A DNA stretch of 64,000 bases from Chiloscyllium plagiosum (taxonomy: Eukaryota). The stretch covers positions 68,313,872-68,377,871 of the forward strand of contig NC_057712.1 of the NCBI RefSeq assembly GCF_004010195.1. The letters are read 5' to 3'. This document shows positions 39,554 to 52,507 of this stretch, one piece after another. The position numbers and the translations under genes are program-made. The notes under the pieces are model-generated. The model worked only from the letters and a program-made list of their open reading frames with translations. It made no database searches and had not been told where the DNA came from. How positions within the stretch are numbered: position 1 is the first letter of the stretch; each line of letters starts with the position of its first letter.

Positions 39554-40248
39554 CTTAGGGTGGGGGAAAATGTCTACAATGTAATAAGTGAGATAAACGT
39601 ACGCAAAATATAATCTATAATTGATACTGAGTGAAGCAGTGTGATCTTTGTTGAATCTTTCAGAGAATTATTTTAAAACATAGCTGGCACTGTTGACATT
39701 ATAGTTTCCTCTCTGTATTGCCTATGCAAGATGAATCTGGGCAGTTTCAATCCAGTTTCCAGTAAGCATAAAACAACCCATTATAATGTTTTATTTGGCA
39801 ATTGCCTAGAAAATACTTTCACGGAAGTATAGAGCCATTTAACTTCAAAGTATGGAAATCAAGTACAATAAATTTTGACTAAAAGCCTTTTTCAGTGTCT
39901 ACAGAATATATCATGAAATAGTAATTGAGGTCAGGAATCTATCTGCAACATAGAAGGAGGCCAATCAGCTTTGGTAGCCTGTTCCACCATTCAAAAGATC
40001 ATGGCTAGTCTGATTGTGGTCTCAATTCCTCTTTATGCGCCCTCCAAAACCTTGCTTTCTTATCTCATACTTGGGTTTCTGAAAACAAGAACTGTTCCTC
40101 CAGTGTCATTAAGGACAGACCAAAGACTGAAACTGAGTGTTCACTAACATTAAGAAGTGCATATCTCAATAAAGTCATAGAGGGCCCAGTGCAAATTGGC
40201 TTACATTTTCACCTATCATATAATGAACAACAGGGACAATATACTTAC

Positions 40249-40375
40249 TGTAACGAACCAGTAGGAATTAACTCGGTAAACCAGTCTCGATATAAATCCC
40301 ATCTGACTGGCTGGAGCCAATACATGCAAGTGCAAGTGAGTTATTGTACAGAATGGGGGCAGGTGAAAGCCCAGC
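40249..40375 (-). CDS. HINT3: HINT3 coding exon 4 (histidine triad)
   Basis: tacag|[43 protein letters not shown]|gtaagt; 127 nt; HLHLH HIT motif. Confidence 0.97.
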
Positions 40376-41052
40376 CTGTAAACCAATCCAATACTTTTGT
40401 AACAATTCTGATGATAATCTGGGATAGCACAAAAATCACAGCATAAAGCTTCAAAGAGAAAGCTGAACTAAGGCAATTAAATTCATCCAGAAAATATTAC
40501 ATTTATTCATGTTAAAATTTATAGCTTCAGTGTAATTTAAATAATAAACTTGTGAAAATAATGCAACCAAAGTTATAGGTAACTTCAATGTTTATTGTAA
40601 AATTAAAAACGAAGAGATGTTAATGTGCTGGGTGTTATTTTAATACTATTTTGTTATTGCCATTTGCAGTTCTTTACAGAATGTTTAGTTAGACAGAGGG
40701 GATAATTATTCAGTAGATTACATCACAGCACATGCCTGCGAGTAGCATGTAAATAGGCAATATTTCTCACAGTAACTGTGTGCTAGCTTCCGTAAGCAAT
40801 GTAATTTATTCAGCTACAAAGTGAATACCAACACATTTCAATGAATGTTGCTTCACACAATTCAACTTAAATATTCACTAAATCATAGTTTATTATTTTT
40901 AAATGGTCGGAGCTTTGTGCATGCCTTTTTGGAAGATTACATAAAAAAAACCATAGGTAGCTATCAAACAAACAAATGTCATAACCATAACTTTTTCAGA
41001 ATCATATTTGGTTATCAAGCACCCCTTTTATATTCTGGAGTACTGTACATAC

Positions 41053-41122
41053 CTTATATCTGCCAGGTCATTCATGCCATTTTGTTGCAGTACACTTTTT
41101 CCAATGTTCACCATCTTTTGAA
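41053..41122 (-). CDS. HINT3: HINT3 coding exon 3
   Basis: aatag|(V)QKMVNIGKSVLQQNGMNDLADI AG|gtatgt; 70 nt, phases match both neighbours. Confidence 0.94.
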
Positions 41123-41574
41123 CTATTCATTAAAACAATTTTGTAATTAGTTATAGCATAACATAACCAAAAAGCATGTACACTAAAAGCAACATGTAAA
41201 ATAAAAACAAATAATGTAAAACTACAATTTACTTTTCATAATTTAGAACATAGTCCTCTCCCATTTTATCAGCCAGTTGTTCAATCACTTTCCAGGCACA
41301 CGCAGGCAATGGGTCAATAAGGTACCTTACTACATCTCATTCCTACTACTGGGACACTGGTAAAATTAAGTAGCCCACAAATAAAGGCAGTACCTAGTAC
41401 TGGCAACATTAGGACATGAGTTAAACTGAAAGATCACTAATCATCTTGTCCCTCTGAAATGCTAACACAGAGCAGACAGCAGTCACAACAACAAAACACG
41501 GCAAAACATTACAAAACAAACAGGAGAAAATTAATATTGCATCCAAAGGCTTACACAAGTCTGCTTTGTATTTT

Positions 41575-42950
41575 AAATAAGAATGTAGAAAATTGCCCAA
41601 GTATGCCCCGTACACAAATAACAGAACAAATCCAAACCAGCCAATTGCCACCCTATCAATTTATTCACAATCATCAGTAAAGAGATGGTCGGTGACATCA
41701 ACAATGCAATCAAGCAGCACTTACTCAGCAATAACCTGTTCAGTGACGCCCAGTTTGGGATCCACCAGGGCCACTCAGTTCCTGACCTCATTACAGCATT
41801 GGTTCAAACACGAACAAGAGAGCTGAACTCCATTGGTGAGGTGACAGTTATAGTCCACATTCAGTTGAGTGTGGCAAAACACCCAAGCAAAACTGGAATC
41901 GATGGGTATTGGTGGCAAACTCTCCACTGGATGATCTCAAAACTGACACATAGGAAAATGGTCATGGTTGTTGGAAATCAATTATTTCAGCTCCAGAACA
42001 TCTCTGCAAGAGTTCCCCAGTGTGGTATCCTCAGCCAAACCAACTTCAGCTGTTTTATCCGTTCCCTCCATCGTAAGGTCAGAAGTGGAAATGTTTGCCA
42101 ATGAGTGCCCAATATTTAGCACCATTTGTAACTCCTCAAATACTGAAGCAGTCCATGCTGAAATACCACAAGATCTGGACAATATCCAGACTGGGCTGGC
42201 AAATAGTAAGTAACATTCACTCCACACAAATGTCAGGCAATGATCATCTCCAATGAGAGATAATGTAATCATCACCCCTTGACATTCATTAGTGTCACCA
42301 TCACTACTACATCATCATTCCCCACTCTCAACATCCTTCGGGTTACCAGTGACCAGAAAGTCAACTGGACTCATCACATAAACACAAACAGCAGATCAGA
42401 GGCTAGGAATTCTGTAACAAGTAATTCACCTCCTGACTCCCCAAAGCCTGTCCACCATCGACAACATGCAAGTCAGGGGTTTAATAGAATACTCCCCACT
42501 TGCCTGGATAGGTGCTACTCCAACAATAATTAAGAAGCTTGATAGCATCCAGGACAAAGCAGCACTCTATCTACAAGCAACCACTCCCTCCATGGGCAAT
42601 GCTCAGCAGCTATGTGTACTATCTACAAGATACATTGCAGAAGTTCACGAAAGATCCTTCCAAACCCCTGACCACTTCTGTCGAGAAGGACAAGGGCAGC
42701 AAATAACACAGGAACACCACATCTGCAATTTGCCCTCCAAGCCACTCAGCATCTGACGGAAATATATTGCGGTTCTTTGACTGTCACTCGGTCAAAATTC
42801 TGAATTCCCTCCCCAAGGGCATTTTGGGTCAAACTACAGCATATGGATTGCAGTGGTTCAAGAAGGTAGCTCACCAGCTCCTTCTCAAAAGTAACTAGGG
42901 GACAGCCAATAAATGCCGGCCCAACAATGATGCCCATGCCCACGAGTGAA
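41575..42950 (+). mobile_element. Old CR1/L2-like LINE RT and 3' UTR remnant
   Basis: AIKQHLLSNNLFSDAQFG, VPQCGILS, DQKVNWT, LIEYSPLAW. Confidence 0.8.
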
Positions 42951-43566
42951 AAAGATCAATTTAATATCCCTGCCCTTTGTTATTAGTCCATCCAAGATAG
43001 TGCAATATTATGCACAGATAATTGGGTATGCTAAATGTGATTCAAATTACTGAAAGTGATCACTGAAGACAAGTACTGTAGCACACTGACGACAAATACT
43101 GTAGCTTGTGCACCATTCCAACCAGAATACATCCGTCATTCTGTGTAAACAAAAGTTTATACTACTGCTGATACTACAAAGCATCAAATATTACACAAGG
43201 AAAAATAAATCAATATTGCCACATATGCAATCCACATACTGGGGTACTCAGGTAAGCTATAATTCAACAGAAGCCGTTTACGAGACAAGGGTGCTAGTAG
43301 AAGCTTGTGCTGGAAACGGAAATTAAATAGAATTTTCAGATGTGACCATTACGCAATCATATCACCAAACTAATCATTTATATTTAGGACTTAATGCATC
43401 TATTGCATTTAAACTCGCTCTTTGGCCTATCAGAGTTCATCCAAAGAGCTGTATTTTTGAAGTACGTTCACAAAATGTATTTATAAAGCCTCTACAAGCA
43501 CAGTTCAAATGAAAGATAATGAAGTGTTGTTATATGATCTGAACAACAAAGTGAATGCAATCTCAC

Positions 43567-43684
43567 CCACTGATATATGCTCCTTCTTCAGAGATTTGCA
43601 ATTTGCAATGTGTTTTCTTGGTACAACAAGATAATGATGGGGCGCACCAGGGCGAATGTCCCTAAAGCAAGCAAACTGGTCATC
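43567..43684 (-). CDS. HINT3: HINT3 coding exon 2
   Basis: gtgcag|DDQFACFRDIRPGAPHHYLVVPRKHIANCKSLKKEHISV G|gtgaga; 118 nt. Confidence 0.97.
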
Positions 43685-44899
43685 CTGCACAAAAACAAAT
43701 TAGCATTTTAATATCTCTGATGACTTACTTAATAAAGATCGTGTCACTTAAGAAATAAATGTGGTCTTTTGGTCATAATTATTTTAAATTTCTCAGCTAC
43801 ATATCCATTTGATACAGCTGGTTAAAATATAAAAGCAAAATTCTCCATTCGTTCAAGATCTGAATTGCTGGAAGTGGTTAGGTCTACCATCATAGCATAT
43901 ACTTTCTTTTATTCATTTATAGGATTTCACTAGCAAGGCCAGCATTTAATGTCCATCTCTAACTGTTCTCAAAATGGCAGAGAGATGTCTTTTTGAACTG
44001 TTGAAACCACATGACGGAGGGAGGGGATTCTTCGAGTTTCACGTCAAAATCATTCTGACTTGGAAGATAAAATGTTGTTTGTAGTATACTATGCTCTTGT
44101 TCCTGTAAGTGATAGAGGTTGCAGGTCAGGAAGGTGGTTTCGAAGGTGTCTTGCAGGCTGCTATTGTGCAGCTGTCATCAGGCACTGGCATTATAAGGAG
44201 TGAATATTTAAAGTTGCAGGTAGGGTGCCAATCATGTTCTGACCTGGATGATGTTGGGCTTCCTGAGTATTGTTGGAGCTGAACTAATTTAGTTAAGTGG
44301 GAAGTATTAAATCACACTTCTGTCTATTTTGTAGATCCCTCTTCAATTTCAAAATGCTCTATATAATCTAGCTGTTTGACTGGGCTTTTTTTCCCTCCTT
44401 GGCTTCCCCTTCAAATTGGGCAACTACCCTATAAAGAGTTGTAAAGGATTCTTTTGAAAGTGTAGCTTCTACACAATGCAAAATGGAATATGATCATGCA
44501 TTATGATTTGTAGATATTCTAAATGTAAATTTAATTGTAAATTATTTTTAGTTGAAGGTTTATCAGATTAGTTGCACAAATGTTGGAGAAACTATTCCCA
44601 TTCATAATATAATCAAGACCCACAGGGCACAGATTTAGTGTCTTTGTAAAAGAAGTAAATGCAAGATGAGAGAGAACTTTTTTCCCACAATGAGATATTA
44701 GGGTCTGGAACGCACTGCCTAGATGTGGGGCAGATTGAATTGTGGCACTCTGGAGTGCTTTAGATGATTATTTGAAAGAAACCAATGTGAAGGATTATGT
44801 AGCAAAGGAAGATTGTGACTGCACCATTTTAGCTTAGTGCCAATGAAGTGAATGGTCTCCTTTAGTGCCATAACAAAACTGCAATTCTAATACCAATCA

Positions 44900-46130
44900 T
44901 GTGAAGCAGTTGTCCACACAAAGCAGGAAAAATCAACCAGCCAATTATCACCCCATCAGTCAACTCTCAATCATCAGCAAAATGATGGAAAGGGTCATCC
45001 ACCGTGCTATCAAGCAGCACTAAGCAGTAATCTGCTGGTTCTTAATTTGGCTTTCAGCACCACTCAGCTCCTGACTTCATTACAGCATTGGTACAAACAT
45101 GTGCAAAAGATTTGAACTCCAGAGGTGAGTTAGAAGTTGAGGTGAGGTTGTCCTTGATACCAAGGTTGTATTTGACCAACTGGGGCATCAAGGAGCCCTA
45201 GCCAAACTGGAGTCATGGGATTCAGGACAACTTTCCACTGATTGGAGATAAAGGAAAATCATTGTGGTTATTCAAGGTAAATAACCTCAGTCTTGAAACA
45301 TCCCTGCAAGCGTTCCTCAGGGTTGTCTCCTGGTCCATCTTTATCTAATTCAATGACCTTTCTTCCATCACAAAGTTAGAAGTGGGAAGGATCGTTAATG
45401 ATTGCAAATATAGCATTCAGCATCATTTGTGACTCCTCAGATAGTGAAGCAGGGCACACAAGTGCCAGCCATGGATTACCTCCAACAAGGGAGAATCTAA
45501 ACCATCATCATTTGATATTCAGTTTGTATTACCATCGCTGAATCCTTGATTATTAACATTTTGTGGTTTGCCGTTGATCAGAAACTGAAGTTGTCCTGCT
45601 ATATAACTATTGTGGCTACAAGAGCAAATCAGAAACTCAGGAAATAAAAACCAAAAGTACTGCGGATGCTGTAAACCAGAAACAAAAACAGAAGTTGCTG
45701 GAAGAGCTCAGCTGGTCTGGCAGCATCTATGAAATCAGAGTTAATGAGTTCAGAGGAAGGGTCACTGGACGTGAAAAATGAACTCTGATTTCACAGATGC
45801 TGCCAGACCTGCTGAGATTTTCCTGGAATATCTGTTTTTGTTTCAGAGATTAGGGATCCTGCATTGGGAAACTTGCTTGCTAACTCCCTAAACTTCACCA
45901 CCATATTCAAGGTACACACTGGCATTACTGAATGCTCCCGACTACGTGGATGGCTGCAGCTTCAACACTCAAAAAAGCTTCATAGCCTTAGGTCAAAGCA
46001 GTCTATGTGACTGTCCCCATATGGAATACTTTCAATATTCAATCCTTTTACTGAGGCACAGTAGCAGCAGTGTATACCATATACAAGATGTACCAAATAC
46101 ATAGGAACATCACTACCTACAAGTTTACTT
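44900..46130 (+). mobile_element. Old CR1/L2-like LINE remnant with a nested fold-back PLE mini-element (about 45642-45843)
   Basis: Same family as 41575-42950; the nested inverted arms about 45680-45742 and 45781-45843 surround a decayed hammerhead CAGAGGAAGGGTCACTGGACGTGAAA. Confidence 0.65.
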
Positions 46131-46689
46131 CACTTCTAAGCCATTAGCCTCACTCTGAATTTTCTTTTCAGTCAGTCATGGGATGTGGGCATCTCTGGCT
46201 AGGCCAGCATTTATTGCCAACCTCTAATTGCCTGCAGGGCAGTTAAGCGTCAACCATATTGCTATAGGTCTGAAGTCACACATTGGCCAGACCAGCTGAG
46301 AATAACAGAGCTCCTTCCCTAAAGGACATTAGTGAACCAGATAGGTCTTTCCCCGACAAGTGGTAATGATTTCATGGGTGTTACTAAACCCTTAATACCA
46401 AAATACTTATTGAATTGAGATTCCACCATCTGCCATGGCAGGATTTGGACTAGAGTCCCTGGAACAGTAGCTCAGTTTCTAGATTTACAGTCTAGCAAAC
46501 ATCACTGGGCCATTGCTTCTCCCAGGCAAATATATCACTGTTCCTTCAATGTTGCTTGGACAAGATCCTAGAATGATTTTCCTAACAGAATTGTGGATCT
46601 GCCTGCACCAAATGGACTGCAGTGGTTCAAGAAGGCAGCCTGAAGGCAACATGTCACAAATATTACTTGCCACTTGTCAGTGCAAACCT

Positions 46690-47325
46690 GGCATTATCCA
46701 GGTGCATTTGAACTTGGACTGATGCAGAATCTGATGAATCTCAAATGGCGCTAAATATTGTGCAATCACCCTAAGGAACTCCTGCTGTGATGTTCTAGAG
46801 CTGAGATGACTGATCACCAACAATTATAACCAACTTCCTATATGTCAGGTACAAGTCCAAACAGCTGAGAGTTTGCACCCTGCTTCCCATTGCTTCCAGT
46901 TTTGCTTGGGCTCCTCGATGCAACACCCTGGTTGAATGCAGTCTGGATGTCAAGGAATGTCATTCTCACCTCGCCTCTGGAATTCAGCTCTTTTGTCCAC
47001 GCTTGAACCAACGGTTTAATGAGGTCAAGAGCTGAGTGGCCCTGGTGGAACCCAAACTGGGCATCGCCGAGCAGATTATTGCTGAGCAGCTGCTGTTGAT
47101 GGCACCTTCTATCACTTTACTGATGATTGAGAGTAGACTGATGGGCTGGTCATTAGCTGGGTTGGATTTGTCCTTTTTTTGTGTGTACAGGACAATATGT
47201 GTACCTGGGCAATTTTCCACATTGTTGGGTAGATGTTGTAATTGTACTGAGCCAGTTTGGCTCAGGAACTGGCAAGTTCATTGGGCTTAAGTCTTCAGTA
47301 CTAATGTCCGTGAATGTCAGGGCCA
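46690..47325 (-). mobile_element. Old CR1/L2-like LINE remnant
   Basis: KKDKSNPANDQPISLLSIISKVIEG in ORF 46984-47220. Confidence 0.7.
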
Positions 47326-47329
47326 TACC

Positions 47330-47822
47330 ACCATCTTACCCACAAATACATTGTTTTCACACACACACACACGTTTGTGGGTGAATTTGTACTTGCAGAC
47401 TTACATGTTATTTTGCTCAAAAATTGTATGAATCCATATAAGAATATGTAAATCCAATTTTTAGATTAGAATCAGTCTGAACATTGGGGCACAGACAGTC
47501 TCACACCTTCAGTGCATTATCTGGGCTAACATGGTTAAAGTTCACATGAAAATGTAACATTAAGAAAGTTTTGCATGCCCATTCTAAAAGATGAGCGACT
47601 TAACAAACAATCCTGGTATTTTTCAATATATAATTTCAGTTACATCACACTGTAAACTTTTGCTATAAATTCTGTGACCTACGATCTTATACTCCACAAC
47701 CACCTGATGAAGGAGCAGCACTCTGAACTAGTGCTTCCAAATAAACCTGTTGGACAATAACCTGGTGTTGTGTGATTTGTAACTTTGTCCTCCCCAGTCC
47801 AACACCTGCGCCTCCACATGCT
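47330..47822 (+). mobile_element. PLE-type pseudo-LTR region (family of 28955-29562)
   Basis: TATAATTTCAGTTACATCACAC...CACCTGATGAAGGAGCAGCACTCTGAACTAGTG...CCTGGTGTTGTGTGATT shared with 29410-29560. Confidence 0.65.
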
Positions 47823-47832
47823 TTTCTTTAAA

Positions 47833-48135
47833 CAGCACAGTGGTTAACACTGCTGCCTCACAGCGCCAGAGACCCGGGTTCAATTCCCGCCTCAGGTGAC
47901 TGACTGTGTGGAGTTTGCACGTTCTCCCCGTGTCTGCGTGGGTTTCCTCCGGGTGCTCCGGTTTCCTCCCACAGTCCAAAGATGTGCAGGGTCAGGTGAA
48001 TTGGCCATGCTAAATTGCCCGTAGTGTTAGGTAAGGGGTAAATGTAGGGATATGGGTGGGTTACGCTTCGGCGGGTCGGTGTGGACTTGTTGGGCCGAAG
48101 GGCATGTTTCCACACTGTAAGTAATCTAATCTAAA
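47833..48135 (+). mobile_element. Young HE1-like SINE in HINT3 intron 1
   Basis: CpG-retaining head CAGCACAGTGGTTAACACTGCTGCCTCACAGCGCCAGAGACCCGGGTTCAATTCC and an AATCTAATCT tail ending about 30 bp from the splice donor. Confidence 0.9.
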
Positions 48136-48165
48136 TAAATGTTTCAAACACTTCCGCCGCCTCAC

Positions 48166-48330
48166 CCAATGCAGCAAATCCACCGACTCCTCTCTATTCC
48201 CGATTCTACAAAAGATGCATTTTTTATCAAATTCCGGATAGGCCGCTCCCGAGGCCCCGGCCTCAGACTTTTCTGCGGCCGCAACCGGGCCCGCAGTGTC
48301 CCCATCATCCCCGACACCAACCGCCGCCAT
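48166..48330 (-). CDS. HINT3: Histidine triad nucleotide-binding protein 3, coding exon 1
   Basis: gccATGG Kozak; MAAVGVGDDG...FDKKCIFCRIGNREESVDLLHW|gtgagg; CxFC motif; the five exons total 525 nt (174 aa plus stop). Confidence 0.95.
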
Positions 48331-48337
48331 GGCAACA

Positions 48338-48520
48338 GCGCCGATCAATGGAGCCCGGAGAACACCGATCCGCACCGACCAATGGAGCCCAGAGGCCGCC
48401 CATCCGCACCGACCAATCGAGCCCAGAGGGCACCGATCAATGGAGCCCAGAGGCCGCCCATCCGCACCGACCAATCGAACCCAGAGGACACCGATCCGCA
48501 CCGACCAATCGAGCCCAGCG
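48338..48520. repeat. 34-bp GC-rich minisatellite with CCAAT boxes immediately upstream of the HINT3 ATG
   Basis: Unit approximately CCGACCAAT(C/G)GAGCCCAGAGG(ACACCG/CCGCCC)ATCCGCA; (C/T)CAAT at 48345, 48379, 48413, 48437, 48471, 48505 (spacing 34, 34, 24, 34, 34). Confidence 0.92.
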
Positions 48521-49874
48521 AATATTGATGCCTAGCCACCTCTCGTGAGACTGCTGCTTCCGGGGACAGAGGATCCTGAAAGTATTCAGCAGCGTCTGAG
48601 TGAAGAAGTGTTTCCTTATTTTTTATTTCAATCCCGAATGACTTGGTCATTATTTTAGAATGTATTCCCTAAGTCCAGACTCCCCTGCCATTGGAAATAT
48701 CCCACCTACATTTGCCCTGTCAGAATTAGATCATTTTCTATTCTTCTAAATGCTGGAGGATAAAGGTCCAGTCATGAGGATCATTTACCATGGTCCTAAA
48801 GACAATACTTTATAAAGGGTGAAATGTTAGAAACTGTGGAGGACCAAAGAGACTTGAGGGTCCAGGAATATGGAGCATTCCAATGCTTTGAACCAATACA
48901 GTAAAAATATCAAAAAGGCTCAAAATACTGGCCTTTAATACCCACAGATCCAGAATACAAGTCAGGCATTGGCTGTTCAAATCCATGCTTCAACCTCACC
49001 TGAAGGACTATAAGTGTTAGAAACAATATTATGGTCTCCGAGCAAGTCCAGCATTATTTGCCAGAATACAAATATATGATTTAGGTGCGGAAGGAGGCCC
49101 TAAAGCATGCTGTCCACTCAAGGCTGATCTGTTTATGTTTGGAATTCTACATTCCCATCTCCCATTTTCTGAGGTAATGAGTTTCGAAGACATCCAACCC
49201 TCAGAAGAAAAATAAGTATTCTTCTCCCTGACCTGGAGAAGGGTGATCATTAATTTTAAGTGTCTAATAGGTCTGGACTCACCTTCCCAAGAGCAGTCAG
49301 GATCTTATATACTTAAATCAAAACACCCTTTGCTCTTCTCAACTCCAGTGGAAAGATCTTTCAGGGAGTGAAATTAAGAAGCAAAATTACACTCAAGAGG
49401 TTGGAAGCTGTTTGTTAACTTCTGCCAATGACCATTGATAATGGGTCGACTGATAATTATAAAACAGAGACTCATAAAATTTTGTGAACCAAAGTTATGG
49501 GATGTGGGACACATAACAGATATATGGAGAATGAGCCACAAAATCCTATGGAACAGGCTCAAGGAACTGACCTACCTTTGTCGCTATGACCAGACTTCAT
49601 TTGCTAAAATATGAGAAAAATTACATGAATGCAAATTTCCCTTTTATTTAAACTGCTGTGATGTTCTTCCTATAGCTATCTTTCTGTTCTTGACTTTTGC
49701 CCTAATTTGCTTTATATCTTCTGAACTGTTTTGGTTTTCATACTTAATGGAGCAGAGGGCATGTTGATAAGAGGCTATAGAATCCTGCAGGACACATCAG
49801 GAACTCTGGACTGAATCAGGTGATACTGGGAAGGCAGTCGGGTGGAAAAAGCAAGAGGGCAATTGGCTTGTTAA

Positions 49875-50584
49875 TGTTACGACACAGGGTAAACCCCTCT
49901 GCTAATTTAAACCAGCAACACAGAAATGATTCCCCACGTGCTGTAATCTGTTAAAATTCAAGAGGCAAAGTACTATCCCAAAAATCAGTATTTTAAATAG
50001 AAATTAACAACTTTATTTTTTAAGTCTAACAGAGAACATTAACTAACAACTATTTTACAACTCCTTTCTCTTAAACCTATCTTTTACCTCTTTTCTCAAT
50101 AAAAAATTCCTGATTATGACTTACAGAAAAATAATCATGTTTCAAAACCCATCAGCTTTGCCAAATTTCCTCTGTAGATCTCTCTCCAGGTCAGTTTTGA
50201 TGTTTTTTCTATGAAAGCTCCTTCTCCAGATAGGTACTTCTCAGAGAGCTCTTACTAGCAGCCAACATCTGTTGGTCTTTTGGCAGTTCTCTTTGCCATT
50301 CTGGGTAACTGTTTAAAATGTCTGATATTTATACCCCAAAACATCGAATCATTTCATTGGTTTAGTGTTGTCAAACCATTATTTTTTCAAATTCAATTGG
50401 ATTTTGGTAACTTGGGGCATAAATTAAACTGATTGGCCAAATTCAAATTTGTTTTTGTATCCTGGCAACACAGCTCTTAGCTATTTCGACTAAATGTTAC
50501 ATCGTTACCTTGTTCCAGACTCCTTAAATCCTTGCTAGCTTTTCAACTGCCTTAAAGGTACAGTACCCTTATATTTTCATAACG
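49875..50584 (-). mobile_element. Probable solo LTR (about 710 bp)
   Basis: Termini TGTTACGA...TCATAAC(G) form a short inverted repeat; near-TSD GTTAA/TTTAA; the minus strand shows CCAAT x3 (50436, 50400, 50360), TATAAATA (50333-50326) and AATAAA (50017-50012) in U3-R-U5 order. Confidence 0.6.
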
Positions 50585-50869
50585 TTTAAAAGGTAATTAT
50601 GTTGTATTTGCATGTGTTTAAACGGAATTAAATGTTGTGTTTCAAATTAAATTTCAGTGCATGAGGATTTCACGTTGTCAAACCACTGACAATTCAAAGA
50701 ATGTGCTAGCAAAGCAAAGTCTTGGAACGTGAGAGAACTACTAGCCATTGTGAAACTGCCTTCCACAGGAACAGAAACTTTCACCAGAAGAGAAGGTGGG
50801 GTCAGTGAACTCACAAAGCTGAACGGCACCTCAGAGGGGAAGAGCTGTCAGTGCCAGATACATTGACAA

Positions 50870-51530
50870 GCAGGAGGCTGTAAGAACACAAGCCACACAG
50901 CTGGAGAAGCCAACATTTTGATTGTAACCCTTCTTCAGGACTCGGGGTGTGGGTACGGGGAGCTACAGATAAAAGGTGGGGGTGTGAGGGAAGGTTTTAG
51001 ATGGGGAGAAGGACAGAGTGGTGAGGTCAGGATTGGTGAACACAGGTTGAGGGTACGACCTGGTTGGTCGATTGGAGAAATGAATCCAGTAGGTAGCTAT
51101 CCTCCAAGGAGCAACACCTCATCTTCGGCCTAGATAGCCTACAGCCCGGAGGACTCAACATTCGGGTCTCCAATTTCAAATAGCCTCCCTTCCTATCCCC
51201 CGTCTGCCTTTCCAGCACCTCCTCCTCCCTTCCATTCCTCTGACTGACCCTTCCTTCTAGCTATCAATCGGATTCATTCCTCCCATCGACCAACAAGGTC
51301 ATACCCTCTACCTGTGTGCACCCATCCCTACCTCATCAGTCCACCCCTGTCCCCATCCAAATCTACCTCCCCACCTCCCCACTTTATCTGCAGCTCCTTT
51401 TACATCCCCCACCAGTCCTGAAGAAGGGTTACACCTGAAACATTGACTTCTCCACCTCCTGATGCTGCCTGGCTTGCTGTGTTCTCCCAGCCTCTTGTTT
51501 CTCTATCCTGGATTCCAAGATGTGCAGTTT
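50870..51530. mobile_element. Neptune-type PLE 3' fragment with an inverted pseudo-LTR
   Basis: About 50870-51085 is the reverse complement of about 51270-51500; decayed hammerheads AGTCCTGAAGAAGGGTTACACCTGAAACATTGACT (51414-51449) and at 50911-50942 on the minus strand. Confidence 0.75.
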
Positions 51531-51864
51531 TGTGTCTCGAGATATATTGACAAGGGCTAAAACTTGGGGCAGCTGCTGTCAAGGTGCTGTCGGGAAAGAT
51601 CATTGTTTAAGGTCTTTCTGCCAAAGTTACATGTTGGTCCATTCAGTAGTCAGACCTTCCTGATGCCTCAAATATATGTAAAAATAGTCTTGTAAAAGTA
51701 AGAAATGCCTTGAGTTGTTTGTGGGATTGAGTTAAACTCTTAATGTTTGATTGTTTCTTCATATGCTACTGTACAGAACTGAACTGCTTTTGGGATAAAG
51801 GTTTAAAGATATTTTATGAATAAAGTATATTTTTAAAATTAAAAAAATGTATTGACTAAGCGAG

Positions 51865-52507
51865 GAATTGGTGTTGCAGATGTTTCGTCCCCTGTCTAGG
51901 TGACATCCTCAGTGCTTGGGAGCCTTCTGTGAAGCGCTTCTGTGTTGTTTCCTCCGGCATTTATAGTGGTTTGTCTCTGCCGCTTCTGGTTGTCAGTTCC
52001 AGCTGTCCGCTGTAGTGGCCGGTATATTGGGTCCAGGTCGATGTGTTTGCTGATAGAATCTGATAGATGAGTGCCATGCCTCTAGGAATTCCCTGGCTGT
52101 TCTCTGCTTGGCTTGTCCTATAATACTAGTGTTGTCCCAGTCGAACTCATGTTGCTTGTCATCAGTGTGTGTGGCTACTAAGGATAGCTGGTCGTGTCAT
52201 TTCGTGGCTAGTTGGTGTACATTGATACGGATCGTTAGCTTTGTTTCTGTTTGTCCTATGTAGTGTTTTGTGCAGTCCTTGCATGGGATTTTGTACACTA
52301 CGTTGGTTTTGCTCATGCTGGGTATCGGGTCCTTTGTCCTGGTGAGTTGTTGTCTGAGAGTGGCTGTTAGTTTGTGTGCTGTTATGAGTCCTAGTGGTCG
52401 CAATAGTCTGGCTGTCAGTTAAGAAATGTTCTTGATGTATGGTAACGTGGCTAGTCCTTTGGGTTGTGGCATGTCCTCATTCCGTTGTCTTTCCCTTAGG
52501 CATCTGT
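51865..52507 (-). mobile_element. Penelope/Poseidon-type PLE 3' fragment: GIY-YIG endonuclease plus hammerhead motif
   Basis: TLPYIKN...NVVYKIPCKDCTKHYIGQT...RINVH...HEFDW...REFLEAWH; 3' GCA-CTGAGGA-T-GTCACCT-AGAC-AGGGGAC-GAAA-C-ATC-TGC at 51915-51876. Confidence 0.88.

Noticed and set aside
48331-48501. N-terminal extension of HINT3 suggested by the 146-aa ORF
   Set aside because: It starts at a non-ATG codon inside the minisatellite; the ATG at 48330 has a strong Kozak context and gives a normal-length HINT3.
48338-48520. CRISPR-like array
   Set aside because: Units are contiguous tandem repeats with no unique spacers, there are no cas genes, and the context is vertebrate.
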